Part shown: positions 9,782 to 18,067 of the stretch, piece after piece
How positions within the stretch are numbered: position 1 is the first letter of the stretch
Layout of the letters: every line of letters starts with the position of its first letter
Assembly: GCA_965261735.1 (NCBI GenBank)
Contig: OZ253470.1
Coordinates: 768,001 to 832,000, forward strand
Reading direction: 5' to 3'
DNA: 64,000 bases
DNA from: Alphaproteobacteria bacterium
GTDB taxonomy: Bacteria > Pseudomonadota > Alphaproteobacteria > SHVV01
The notes under the pieces: model-generated
Told to the model about the DNA's origin: nothing
Databases searched by the model: none
Seen by the model: the letters and a program-made list of their open reading frames with translations, nothing else
Made by a program: the position numbers and the translations under genes

Positions 9782-10672
9782 ATGCGCAGGGTCATCGGTT
9801 GGGCATTCGCGGTCGCCCTGATCGGCGGCGGGGCGGTGCCCGGCAGCGGCCACGCTGGCGAAACCTACCCCATGTGGTGGGCGCCGGAGCTTGGGCTTGC
9901 GAGCCTCAATGAGATCGACGCCAAGCTCGCGGAGCCGTTCCCCGGGGGCAAGCGGGCGGTGTTCCACAAGTTAGGCCGCCACATGATCGGCACGGGCGAG
10001 ACCGCCTACGTCGGCGAGTGGGGGTCGCTCGATGCGCGGCCCATCGACAACTGCTCCGCTTATCTGAAATGGACCGACGAGGGGTACCGGCACGACAACA
10101 GCGACGAAGATTCCCACTGGGTATATCGAATGAAGGGCGGGTACTGTTTAGCCTTGCGCGCGCTGAAACGGGCGCGCCCCGCCAAGACGAGCCATGTGCA
10201 CGACTTCGGCTTTACGCGGCATGTGTTGGATTACTTCCCGGCGCTCATGGATGCCGCCGGCTGCAAATTCCTGAGGGCCGAGATCGTCGCCAACCGTGAG
10301 GGGGTGCCGTGGAGCCAATTCGTCCATCCCGCCTTTGGGCCACCGAAGTATTTTGCCAACCTGGTCGTTCCGGACCCCGAGCATTTCGTCCACGAAGCGT
10401 GGAGCTCGTCCGAGATGACGCAAAAGTACAATGAGTGGGCCTTTGCCATCATCGGTCGTGGCGATCTCGACGGGGACGGCCTGAACGATCTGCTGGTAAG
10501 GCGGGATTTCCTCGGATTCTTTGGGGACAAACCCAGGGGTCTGCCGACAACGGTCCTGTTCCTGCTAACGCGCGATCGCGAGGGCGCCGTGCTCCGGGTG
10601 ATCGACGCGCACGGGTATCGCGGGGACAACAGTAAGTCGTGCCTCAATGCAAAAATCCTGAGCCACTATTAG
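9782..10672 (+). CDS. Uncharacterised secreted protein A (4 Cys, DxDGDG loop); putative muramidase partner
   Basis: 296 aa; RBS GAGGAA; signal peptide ending SGHA|GE; GDLDGDGLNDLL motif; close paralogue at 10913; function unknown. Confidence 0.85.
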   Translation: MRRVIGWAFAVALIGGGAVPGSGHAGETYPMWWAPELGLASLNEIDAKLAEPFPGGKRAVFHKLGRHMIGTGETAYVGEWGSLDARPIDNCSAYLKWTDEGYRHDNSDEDSHWVYRMKGGYCLALRALKRARPAKTSHVHDFGFTRHVLDYFPALMDAAGCKFLRAEIVANREGVPWSQFVHPAFGPPKYFANLVVPDPEHFVHEAWSSSEMTQKYNEWAFAIIGRGDLDGDGLNDLLVRRDFLGFFGDKPRGLPTTVLFLLTRDREGAVLRVIDAHGYRGDNSKSCLNAKILSHY

Positions 10673-10842
10673 CGACCGCGGCTGTGGAGGGTCTTCAGGG
10701 GTTTCTTGCAGGTCGGGTGGACGAAAAACGGCTCCTGCTTCAGCGTCTTCTCGAACATCTCCCGCACCGCCCGGTTGCGCTCCTCGCTCGGTTGTAGGCG
10801 GTGCGATTGCGCGGCCGCCACCTTCCAGTCACGGTGCTGCAC
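10669..10842 (-). pseudogene. Orphan C-terminal 57-codon fragment of the GH24 muramidase
   Basis: VQHRDWKVAAAQSHRLQPSEERNRAVREMFEKTLKQEPFFVHPTCKKPLKTLHSRGR* aligns to the end of the muramidase gene (13348-13246 plus 11868-11798). Confidence 0.9.
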
Positions 10843-10912
10843 GGTAGTCCTTTCTTTCGCCCCAATCGCACGTCATGGTAGATATCCTGGTCCAAACAGG
10901 CGGGGAACCTTG

Positions 10913-11801
10913 GTGAGTAAAGCAGCCGGATGGGCAGCGGCTCTAGGTTTGTTTCTCGGCGGCGGGGCGGCGCTCGGTGGCGCCAGCGGCGGTGAAACCT
11001 ACCCAGTGTGGTGGGCGCCCGAGCTTGGGCTTGAAAACCTCGACGAGATCGACGCGGCGCTCGCCCGCCCGTTTCCCGAGGGCAAGCGCGCGGTGTTCCA
11101 CAAGTTCGGCCGGCACATGATCGGCGAGGGCGACACCGCCTATCCGGGCGAGTGGGGCTCGCTCGATGCGCAGCCCATCGACAACTGCCTCGCCTACCTG
11201 AAATGGACCGACGAGGGGTACCAGCCCGAAAACGAGGACGAGGATTCTTATTGGGTCTATGAAACCAGAGCCGGGTACTGCCTAGCCTTGCGTGCGCTCA
11301 AGCGGGCGCGCCCCGCCACAACGAGCTATCTGCGCGACTTCGGCTTCACGCACGAATCGTTGGATTACCTTCCGGCGCTGCTAAACGCCGCCGGCTGCAA
11401 GCATCTACCACCCGAACTCCTGGCCAATCGGAACGGGGTGCCGTGGAGCAAATTCGTTCATCCCGCCTTCGGGCCACGGAAGCACTTCGCCAATCTGGTC
11501 GTTCGAGACCTGGAGCACTTCGTGTACGAAGCCTGGAGCTCGTCTGAAATGACGGAAAAACGAGGATGCTTTTTCCATAATCGGGCGCGGCGATCTCGAT
11601 GGGAACGGCCTGGACGATCTCTTAGTGAGGCGGGATTTTCTTGGGTTTTCTTATGGCAAACTCAGGGGGCCGCCTGAAACGGTGCTGTTCCTCCTCTCGC
11701 GCGACCGAGAGGGCGCCGTGCTTCGCGTCATCGACGCGCATGGCTATCGCGGCGGCGGCGGCAGGTCGTGCCTCAACGCCGAAATCCTGAGCTACTATTA
11801 G
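10913..11801 (+). pseudogene. Uncharacterised secreted protein B (paralogue of A), frameshifted
   Basis: ETYPVWWAPELG... about three-quarters identical to A by manual count; 5-nt deletion relative to A at ~11560; the shifted frame continues GDLDGNGLDDLL...SCLNAEILSYY* to TAG at 11799-11801. Confidence 0.88.
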
Positions 11802-11946
11802 CGACCGCGGCCGTGGAGCGTCTTCAGGCCTTTCTTGCACGTGGGGTGGACGAAGAAGGGTTCCTGCTTTAGCAGGCTGCTGAAAAAGTCCTCGCCTTTG
11901 CAGTTGTGACATGATTCTGTGATTCCTTCGAGTGATGGAGGATGGC

Positions 11947-13068
11947 ATGCGGGGTCGAGATCAAAGCAGTGGCAATTTATTCAGCTACGTAGACTTGGAA
12001 GAGCGTGTTCCGGATGATCATCCGCTGCGTCTGATCCGTGAGATCGTGAACGACGTATTGGGGTCTCTATCTTCGGAGTTCGAGACGCTTTATTCCCACA
12101 TGGGTTGCCCATCGATCCCGCCGGAGAGGCTTCTTCGAGCGTTACTGTTGCAAGCGTTTTATTCGATCCGCTCGGAGCGTCAGCTGATGGAGCAGCTAAA
12201 CTTCAACATGCTGTTTTGCTGGTTTGTGGGGCTTGGGCTGGACGATGGCGTGTGGGACGCCAGCGCGTTCTGCCACAACCGGGACCGTCTTCTGGAGGCG
12301 GAGGTTTCGGGGCAGCTGCTTGCGGGGGTTATCCAGCACCACAAGGTAGGGGGACTATTGAGCCGGGATCATTTTTCGGTAGACGGAACATTGATCGAGG
12401 CCTGGGCGTCGATGAAGAGCTTTCGTCCCAAAGGTGAGGACGATGGCGACGGGGGATCGGGGCGCAACGCCGCGCGGGATTTTCATGGCGAGAAACGCTC
12501 GAACGCGACCCATGCAAGCACCACTGATCCGGACGCCCGGCTTTATCGCAAGGGTAATGGCCGGGAAAGCAAGCTGTGTTACATGGGCCATGCGCTGACG
12601 GAGAACCGCCATGGTCTGGCAGTCGGCGGCGGCGTGACCATTGCGTCGGGCACGGCGGAACGCGAAGCCGCCCTTTATCTGATCGACAGGCATCGCCCGG
12701 TGGAGAGTAGAGGCGGGCGGCGTCGGATCACGGTGGGCGGGGACAAGGGTTTTGACGTCGCGGATTTTGTCGAGGAACTGCGGCACCGCAAGGTGACCCC
12801 CCATATCGCCGTCCAGGACCACGTCACCAAGACCGGCAAGCGGCGCAAGACCAAGATAGACGGGCGCACGACGCGCCATCCCGGTTACGGCGTCAGCCAA
12901 CGTTGCCGCAAGCGCATCGAGGAGGTCTTCGGCTGGGTCAAGACGAGCGCGGGATTGAGCAAGACCAAATTCCGGGGCCGCCACCGGGTCGACGCTTCGT
13001 TCACCCTGGCCTTGGCCGCCTACAACCTCGTCCGACTACCCAGACTGCTGGCGGAGGCGCCAACATGA
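11947..13068 (+). CDS. IS5-family transposase
   Basis: LFSYVDLEERVPDDHPLR, FSVDGTLIEAWAS, STTDPDARL, GGDKGFD, RKRIEEVFGWVK. Confidence 0.93.
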   Translation: MRGRDQSSGNLFSYVDLEERVPDDHPLRLIREIVNDVLGSLSSEFETLYSHMGCPSIPPERLLRALLLQAFYSIRSERQLMEQLNFNMLFCWFVGLGLDDGVWDASAFCHNRDRLLEAEVSGQLLAGVIQHHKVGGLLSRDHFSVDGTLIEAWASMKSFRPKGEDDGDGGSGRNAARDFHGEKRSNATHASTTDPDARLYRKGNGRESKLCYMGHALTENRHGLAVGGGVTIASGTAEREAALYLIDRHRPVESRGGRRRITVGGDKGFDVADFVEELRHRKVTPHIAVQDHVTKTGKRRKTKIDGRTTRHPGYGVSQRCRKRIEEVFGWVKTSAGLSKTKFRGRHRVDASFTLALAAYNLVRLPRLLAEAPT

Positions 13069-13226
13069 CGGGCGATGCCGGCACGCCGCTGACCGCAAAG
13101 TGGCAGATCATCGAACTGGACGAAGCCCAGGGCATCGGATCGGTCGAGATTGAAGACGGTTTCACCCTAAGACACGAAATCTCATTTCATTTCGGCGATG
13201 AATCCGAGTTCAAGGCCCGGCAATGA
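13065..13226 (+). CDS. Small passenger ORF inside IS5 (53 aa, possibly internally deleted)
   Basis: ATGA overlap with the transposase stop, RBS GGAGG; MTGDAGTPLTAKWQIIELD...ISFHFGDESEFKARQ* ends just before the right TIR. Confidence 0.5.
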   Translation: MTGDAGTPLTAKWQIIELDEAQGIGSVEIEDGFTLRHEISFHFGDESEFKARQ

Positions 13227-13989
13227 TGACTTTTTCAGCAGCCTGTTAGTGCCTTCTCGAACATCTCTTGCACCGCCCGGTTGCGCTCCTCGTTCGGCTG
13301 TAGGCGGTGCGATTCCGCCGCCGCCACCTTCCAGTTGCGCCACTGCACAGCGGGGGTAAATTTCTCGAACACTTTGATAAGGTTCGGTACGCCTAAGTTG
13401 TATCCCATGTCATAGAGGCCGAGCTGGGCCGAACGGGGATAGGTCGCCATCTTGGGGAAACGCTCGGAGTCCCGCAACTCGTTGCGGACGTTTTCGATAT
13501 CCCTCATCGCTAGTGTCCAAATCTCGGCGTCCGACAGGTCGAGGCGCGTCAAATCCTTGAACTTGGTGTGGTCGCTTCCCTTGAGGTCCTGACGTTGGAA
13601 CACGGCACGCCAGGCCTGCCGCTTCTCGTATGCGTCCGCGTACACCAGCGGCTTCATGTCGCCCATCGGGATGCGCCGATGGAAGGGCAGCGCCACGACA
13701 TCGGATTCGTCGGCAATCTGGGTGACCCATGCCGACGGTGACCTTGCCCTCGGTATCGAGGTACATGTGCGACACCCACCCCTCATGTTTGTGCAGGTGC
13801 TGGTACACCGTGTCCTCCTCGACCGTCCAGGTAAGGGGCCGATTCATCTGCTTGCTGACCCGCTACAGTTTCGCATCGCGATAAACGCAGCCCGTGCCGC
13901 GCTGGACCAGCACGCCCTTCTTGGTCCCGATGGCGTTCCAGTCGTAAGCCCAGCCCGCTTCCTCTTTCATTTGACGTCCCGCCTTTCTT

Positions 13990-14094
13990 TCAGCGATCGC
14001 GACACGGGCGGGGAAATTCGCCCCTGCCCGGGGTCGCAGTGAGGTCGAAGATTTGTTGCTCGAGTTTTCTCAGCTCGGTATCGAACATGAGCAT
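13990..14094 (-). CDS. Putative 34-aa small ORF upstream of the muramidase
   Basis: RBS AGAGGA then MLMFDTELRKLEQQIFDLTATPGRGEFPRPCRDR*; lies between a good promoter and the muramidase RBS. Confidence 0.45.
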   Translation of the reverse strand: MLMFDTELRKLEQQIFDLTATPGRGEFPRPCRDR

Positions 14095-14125
14095 TGCGCT
14101 TCCTCTACGATGTGTATCGTTATGT

Positions 14126-14155
14126 ATCGTAACAGCTCTCTTCGTATCATGTCAA
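14126..14155 (-). promoter_or_regulatory. Sigma70-like promoter for sORF/muramidase
   Basis: TTGACA (14155-14150), 18-nt spacer, TACGAT (14131-14126); overlapped by GATAC direct repeats. Confidence 0.6.
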
Positions 14156-14278
14156 AGCATTGGGACGTTCATGCAGCGATACTTCGCGTTCGCGGGATTT
14201 GGCCGACGGCTTGCGCTGCGGCCGCGCGCCAGCTATGTTATTTACAGCCACGCAACGTAGTTTCCGGGTAAATACGCG

Positions 14279-15514
14279 ATGCTGGACGGCAAACGGATCC
14301 TGCTGATCGTTTCGGGCGGGATCGCGGCCTACAAGGGGCTCGACCTCATCCGCCGGCTGCGCGAGCGCGGTGCCGCGGTGCGCTGCGTGCTCACCCGCGC
14401 AGGCGCCGAGTTCGTCACGCCGCTGTCGCTCGCGGCGCTCAGCGGCGACAAGGTCTACGGCGATCTGTTCTCGCTCACGGACGAGAGCGAGATGGGCCAC
14501 ATCCGGCTATCGCGCGAGGCGGACCTCGTCGTCGTCGCGCCGGCCACCGCGAATATCATCGCCAAGATGGCCGCCGGCATCGCCGACGATCTCGCGTCCA
14601 CCACCCTGCTGGCTGCCGACAAGCGCGTGTTGATCGCGCCCGCGATGAACGTGCGCATGTGGGAGCACCCGGCGACGCGGCGCAACCTCGCGAAGCTCGC
14701 GGCCGACGGCGTGCTCGCTTGCGGTCCAGCCACGGGCGCGCTCGCCGACGGCGAGTTCGGCGCCGGGCGCCTGGCCGAGATCGACGACATCATCGACGCC
14801 ATCGAGGCGGCGCTCGGCGCGCAGCCCGCGGCACGCGCGCTCAGCGGGCGCCGGGCGCTCGTCACCTCGGGCCCGACGCTCGAGGCGATCGACCCCGTGC
14901 GCTTCATCTCCAACCGTTCCTCGGGCAAGCAGGGCCACGCCATCGCCGCCGCGCTCGCCCGCCACGGCGCCGAGACGACGCTTGTAGCCGGGCCGACCAG
15001 CGAGCCCGAGCCCGAGGGCGTCGGCGTGAGGGCGGTCGAATCGGCGGCGCAGATGCTCGAGGCCTGCCTGGAGGCGCTGCCCGTCGATGTAGCGGTGTGC
15101 GCCGCCGCGGTCGCCGACTGGCGCGTCGATGCCCGTAACGCCAAGCTCAAGAAGACCGGCAACGGCGCACCCAAGCTCGCGCTCGTCGAGAACCCCGACA
15201 TCCTCGCCACCTTGAGTCGGCGCACGAACGACCGCCCGCGCCTCATGGTCGGCTTTGCCGCCGAGACCGAGGACCTGGTCGAGAACGCGCGCGCCAAGCG
15301 GCTGCGCAAGGGCTGCGATTGGATTCTGGCCAACGACGTCTCGCACGACAGCTCGGTCTTCGGCAGCGACGACAACGAGGTGCACTTCATCGCCCAGAGT
15401 GCGAGCGAGGCTTGGGCGAGGATGAGCAAGCCCGCGCTCGCCGAGAAGCTGGCCCTGCGGATCGGTGAGTTCTTCGCCGGCGCGCCGGGGCCCGGCCCGG
15501 CCGAGCCCGGTTAG
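14279..15514 (+). CDS. coaBC: Phosphopantothenoylcysteine decarboxylase/ligase
   Basis: GGIAAYK, GHIRLSR, APAMNVRMW, TSGPTLEAIDPVRFISNRSSGKQG, GFAAET. Confidence 0.98.
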   Translation: MLDGKRILLIVSGGIAAYKGLDLIRRLRERGAAVRCVLTRAGAEFVTPLSLAALSGDKVYGDLFSLTDESEMGHIRLSREADLVVVAPATANIIAKMAAGIADDLASTTLLAADKRVLIAPAMNVRMWEHPATRRNLAKLAADGVLACGPATGALADGEFGAGRLAEIDDIIDAIEAALGAQPAARALSGRRALVTSGPTLEAIDPVRFISNRSSGKQGHAIAAALARHGAETTLVAGPTSEPEPEGVGVRAVESAAQMLEACLEALPVDVAVCAAAVADWRVDARNAKLKKTGNGAPKLALVENPDILATLSRRTNDRPRLMVGFAAETEDLVENARAKRLRKGCDWILANDVSHDSSVFGSDDNEVHFIAQSASEAWARMSKPALAEKLALRIGEFFAGAPGPGPAEPG

Positions 15515-15551
15515 TCCTTGGTGGCAAAGACTAAAGTGACTCATTACTCGG

Positions 15552-15650
15552 CCCCCTCCCCCTACCCCCTCCCACCAAGGGAGGGGGACTCATGGCGCGA
15601 TGTCCAGTTCCTGACCCTCCCCCCTGATGGGGGAGGGTTGGGTGAGGATG
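15552..15650. repeat. REP-like double-hairpin palindromic element
   Basis: CCCCCTCCC-ACCAA-GGGAGGGGG (15565-15587) and ACCCTCCCCC-CTGAT-GGGGGAGGGT (15614-15638). Confidence 0.7.
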
Positions 15651-15654
15651 ACAC

Positions 15655-15684
15655 CCGGACCTACACAAGCCGGACCTACACAAG
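15655..15684. repeat. 15-bp perfect tandem duplication
   Basis: CCGGACCTACACAAG x2. Confidence 0.9.
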
Positions 15685-15698
15685 TAAGTACTAGCGCC

Positions 15699-16154
15699 AT
15701 GCTTCAGCCCCCGAAAAAGCTTCTCTTTGCGCTCGAGGCGGTGGTCGACATCGCCTATCAGGCCGGCCCCGATCCGGTGCAGAGCCGCGAGATCACCGAG
15801 CGCCAGGGCATCCCTCAGCGCTACCTCGAGCAGGTCATGCAGCGGCTGGTGCGGGCTCAGATTCTCAAGGGAACGCGCGGCCCGCGCGGCGGCTATCGGC
15901 TGGCGCGCGAGCGCCGGCGCATCAGCGTCGGCGAGATCGCCCGCGTGGTCGCGGCCCTCGACAATAACGGGGACGAGGCCGGCGACGGCGACGGCTCGCC
16001 GCTGGGGCGCGCCTCGGTGCGGCCGATGTGGCAGGAGCTGCAGAGCGACCTGATGGCCAGGCTCGACGGCATTTCGATCGAGGATCTGTGCCGGCGCGCG
16101 CACGAGCAGGGCATCGCCAGGGAAGCCGGCCGCCGACTCGATTTCAACATCTGA
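15699..16154 (+). CDS. Rrf2-family regulator (CymR-like, no Fe-S Cys triad)
   Basis: [26 protein letters not shown]; a single Cys; C-terminus DFNI; directly upstream of cysK. Confidence 0.9.
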   Translation: MLQPPKKLLFALEAVVDIAYQAGPDPVQSREITERQGIPQRYLEQVMQRLVRAQILKGTRGPRGGYRLARERRRISVGEIARVVAALDNNGDEAGDGDGSPLGRASVRPMWQELQSDLMARLDGISIEDLCRRAHEQGIAREAGRRLDFNI

Positions 16155-16188
16155 TCCGGACCCACCACAGGAAAGTACCTATCCGGCC

Positions 16189-17172
16189 ATGCCCTCGTCC
16201 GTCTCCCCCCTGCCGCTCGCCGATGCGGCCGCGCCGCGCGAGCGCATCCATGACAGCATCGTCGAGACCATCGGCAACACGCCGCTGGTGCGCGTCGGCA
16301 AATTGGCGCAGGCCGCCGGCGCGGTCGCGGAAGTCCTCGCCAAGCTCGAGTTCTTCAACCCGCTCGGGTCGGTCAAGGACCGCATCGGCCTGGCCATGAT
16401 CGAGGCCGCCGAGGCCGAGGGCCGCATGCGCCCGGGCACCGTCATCGTCGAACCGACCTCGGGCAATACGGGAATCGCGCTCGCCTTCGTGTGCGCGGCC
16501 AAGGGCTACCAGCTGGTGCTCTTCATGCCCGACAGCATGTCGATGGAGCGGCGCAAGATGCTGCGCCTGCTCGGGGCCGAGCTGCGCCTGACGGCGGCCT
16601 CCCACGGCATGCAAGGTGCCATCGCCGAGGCCGAGGCGCTGATCGCCGCCCTGCCCGATGCACTCATGCTGCAACAGTTCGACAACCCGGCCAATCCAGC
16701 GATCCACCGGACGACGACGGCCGAGGAGATTTGGCGCGACACCGGCGGCCGCCTCGATGCCATCGTGCTCGGCGTCGGTACGGGCGGTACGCTCACCGGG
16801 GTGGGCGAGGTCCTCAAGAGCCGCCTGCCCGCGCTTCGGATCATCGCGGTCGAGCCCGAGGACAGCCCCGTGCTCTCCGGCGGCATGCCGGGTCCGCACA
16901 AGATTCAAGGTATCGGCGCGGGGTTCATTCCGAACAACCTGGAGCTCAGCCTCGTCGACGAGGTGCTGACCATCGCTAACGAGACCGCGCTCGACACGGC
17001 GCGGCGCGCTGCCCGGCTCGAGGGCCTGCCCGTCGGCATCTCCTCGGGCGCGGCGCTCGCGGCGGCGCTCGAGGTCGGCTGCCGCCAGGACATGGCTGGC
17101 CAGCGCATCGTCACCGTGCTGCCCTCGTTCGCCGAACGCTACCTGTCGACGGCGCTGTTCGACGATTTGTGA
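16189..17172 (+). CDS. cysK: Cysteine synthase A
   Basis: [45 protein letters not shown]. Confidence 0.97.
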   Translation: MPSSVSPLPLADAAAPRERIHDSIVETIGNTPLVRVGKLAQAAGAVAEVLAKLEFFNPLGSVKDRIGLAMIEAAEAEGRMRPGTVIVEPTSGNTGIALAFVCAAKGYQLVLFMPDSMSMERRKMLRLLGAELRLTAASHGMQGAIAEAEALIAALPDALMLQQFDNPANPAIHRTTTAEEIWRDTGGRLDAIVLGVGTGGTLTGVGEVLKSRLPALRIIAVEPEDSPVLSGGMPGPHKIQGIGAGFIPNNLELSLVDEVLTIANETALDTARRAARLEGLPVGISSGAALAAALEVGCRQDMAGQRIVTVLPSFAERYLSTALFDDL

Positions 17173-17966
17173 TGGACTTCTCCGACGAGCAGATCGAGCG
17201 CTACGCGCGCCACATCGTGCTACCCGAGATCGGCGGAACGGGCCAGGCGCGCCTCCTGCAATCGAAGGTGCTGGTGATCGGGGCGGGCGGCCTCGGCTCG
17301 CCGCTGCTGATGTACCTCGCGGCCGCCGGGGTCGGCACGCTCGGCGTCGTCGACGACGACACCGTGAGCCTATCGAACCTGCAACGCCAGATCGCCCACA
17401 CCACGGACCGCGTGGGCGCGCCCAAGACCGAGAGCGCGCGCCGCACCGTTGCCGCGCTCAACCCCGAGGTGCGCATCGAGGCGCACCAGGAACGGCTCCA
17501 TGCCGGCAACGCGCACCGCCTCATCGCGCCCTACGATCTTGTCGCCGATGGCAGCGACAATTTCGCCACCCGCTTCCTCGTCAACGACGCCTGCTACCTC
17601 GCGCGCAAGACGCTGGTCTCGGCGGCGGTGCTACGTTTCGATGCCCAATTGTCGACCTTCAAGGCCTACCTCGGTGGCGAACATCCCTGCTATCGCTGCA
17701 TCTTTCGCGAGGCGCCGCCCGAGGGGCTGATCCCCTCCTGCGCCGAGGGCGGGGTGCTCGGCGCGCTCGTCGGCGCCGTGGGCTCGCTGCAGGCGGTCGA
17801 AGTGGTCAAGGAGCTGCTCGGCATCGGCGAGGGCCTGTCGGGCCGGCTCATCGTCTATGACGGCCTCGCCGGTACCTTCCGCAAGGTCCGGGTGCTCCCC
17901 GATCCTGCATGCCCCCTGTGCGGCGGCGACGCCGTGATCCACGACCTGTCGGCACACGCGGCGTAG
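17172..17966 (+). CDS. moeB: HesA/MoeB/ThiF-family adenylyltransferase
   Basis: RYARHIVL, GAGGLG, SNLQRQ, DGSDNF, CYRC and CPLC zinc sites. Confidence 0.88.
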   Translation: MDFSDEQIERYARHIVLPEIGGTGQARLLQSKVLVIGAGGLGSPLLMYLAAAGVGTLGVVDDDTVSLSNLQRQIAHTTDRVGAPKTESARRTVAALNPEVRIEAHQERLHAGNAHRLIAPYDLVADGSDNFATRFLVNDACYLARKTLVSAAVLRFDAQLSTFKAYLGGEHPCYRCIFREAPPEGLIPSCAEGGVLGALVGAVGSLQAVEVVKELLGIGEGLSGRLIVYDGLAGTFRKVRVLPDPACPLCGGDAVIHDLSAHAA

Positions 17967-18067
17967 GAGCCCATGAGAGTGGCCGCTGGGCTACTAGATG
18001 TTGTAGCGGCGGGCTCATCGGGCGATACATCTTGACCACGAGCGACGCTGGCGTCATAACGGGCGGC

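Larger units (their letters stand above)
11873..13245 (+). mobile_element. IS5-family insertion sequence (1373 bp)
   Basis: Perfect 18-bp TIRs CAGGCTGCTGAAAAAGTC / GACTTTTTCAGCAGCCTG; 4-bp target duplication TTAG at 11869-11872 and 13246-13249. Confidence 0.95.
11798..13970 (-). pseudogene. T4-lysozyme-like (GH24) muramidase, inactivated by nonsense codon, frameshift and IS5
   Basis: EGWVSHMYLDTEGKVTVGMGH = E-x8-D-x5-T; AQLGLYDMGYNLG...NWKVAAAESHR; in-frame TAG at 13865-13863, extra C at 13720-13722, IS5 at 11873-13245. Confidence 0.85.

Noticed and set aside
11550-11565. Programmed frameshift in gene B (GGAAAAAC)
   Set aside because: It would need a +1 shift, and alignment with A shows 5 nt missing, so a deletion is the simpler explanation.
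10706-11677. 323-aa ORF as an intact gene
   Set aside because: Its N-terminal ~69 codons are the antisense of the muramidase fragment plus promoter DNA, and its C-terminus is frameshift read-through; the real gene is 10913-11801.
13863-13865. In-frame TAG as pyrrolysine or read-through
   Set aside because: No supporting machinery in the window and the gene has two other inactivating lesions; an ordinary nonsense mutation is more likely.
9696-14278. Prophage remnant
   Set aside because: No integrase, holin, spanin, structural genes or att-like repeats seen; a distant phage origin of the lysozyme domain cannot be excluded.
15655-15684. CRISPR-like repeat
   Set aside because: Only two adjacent 15-bp copies with no spacer, and no cas genes.
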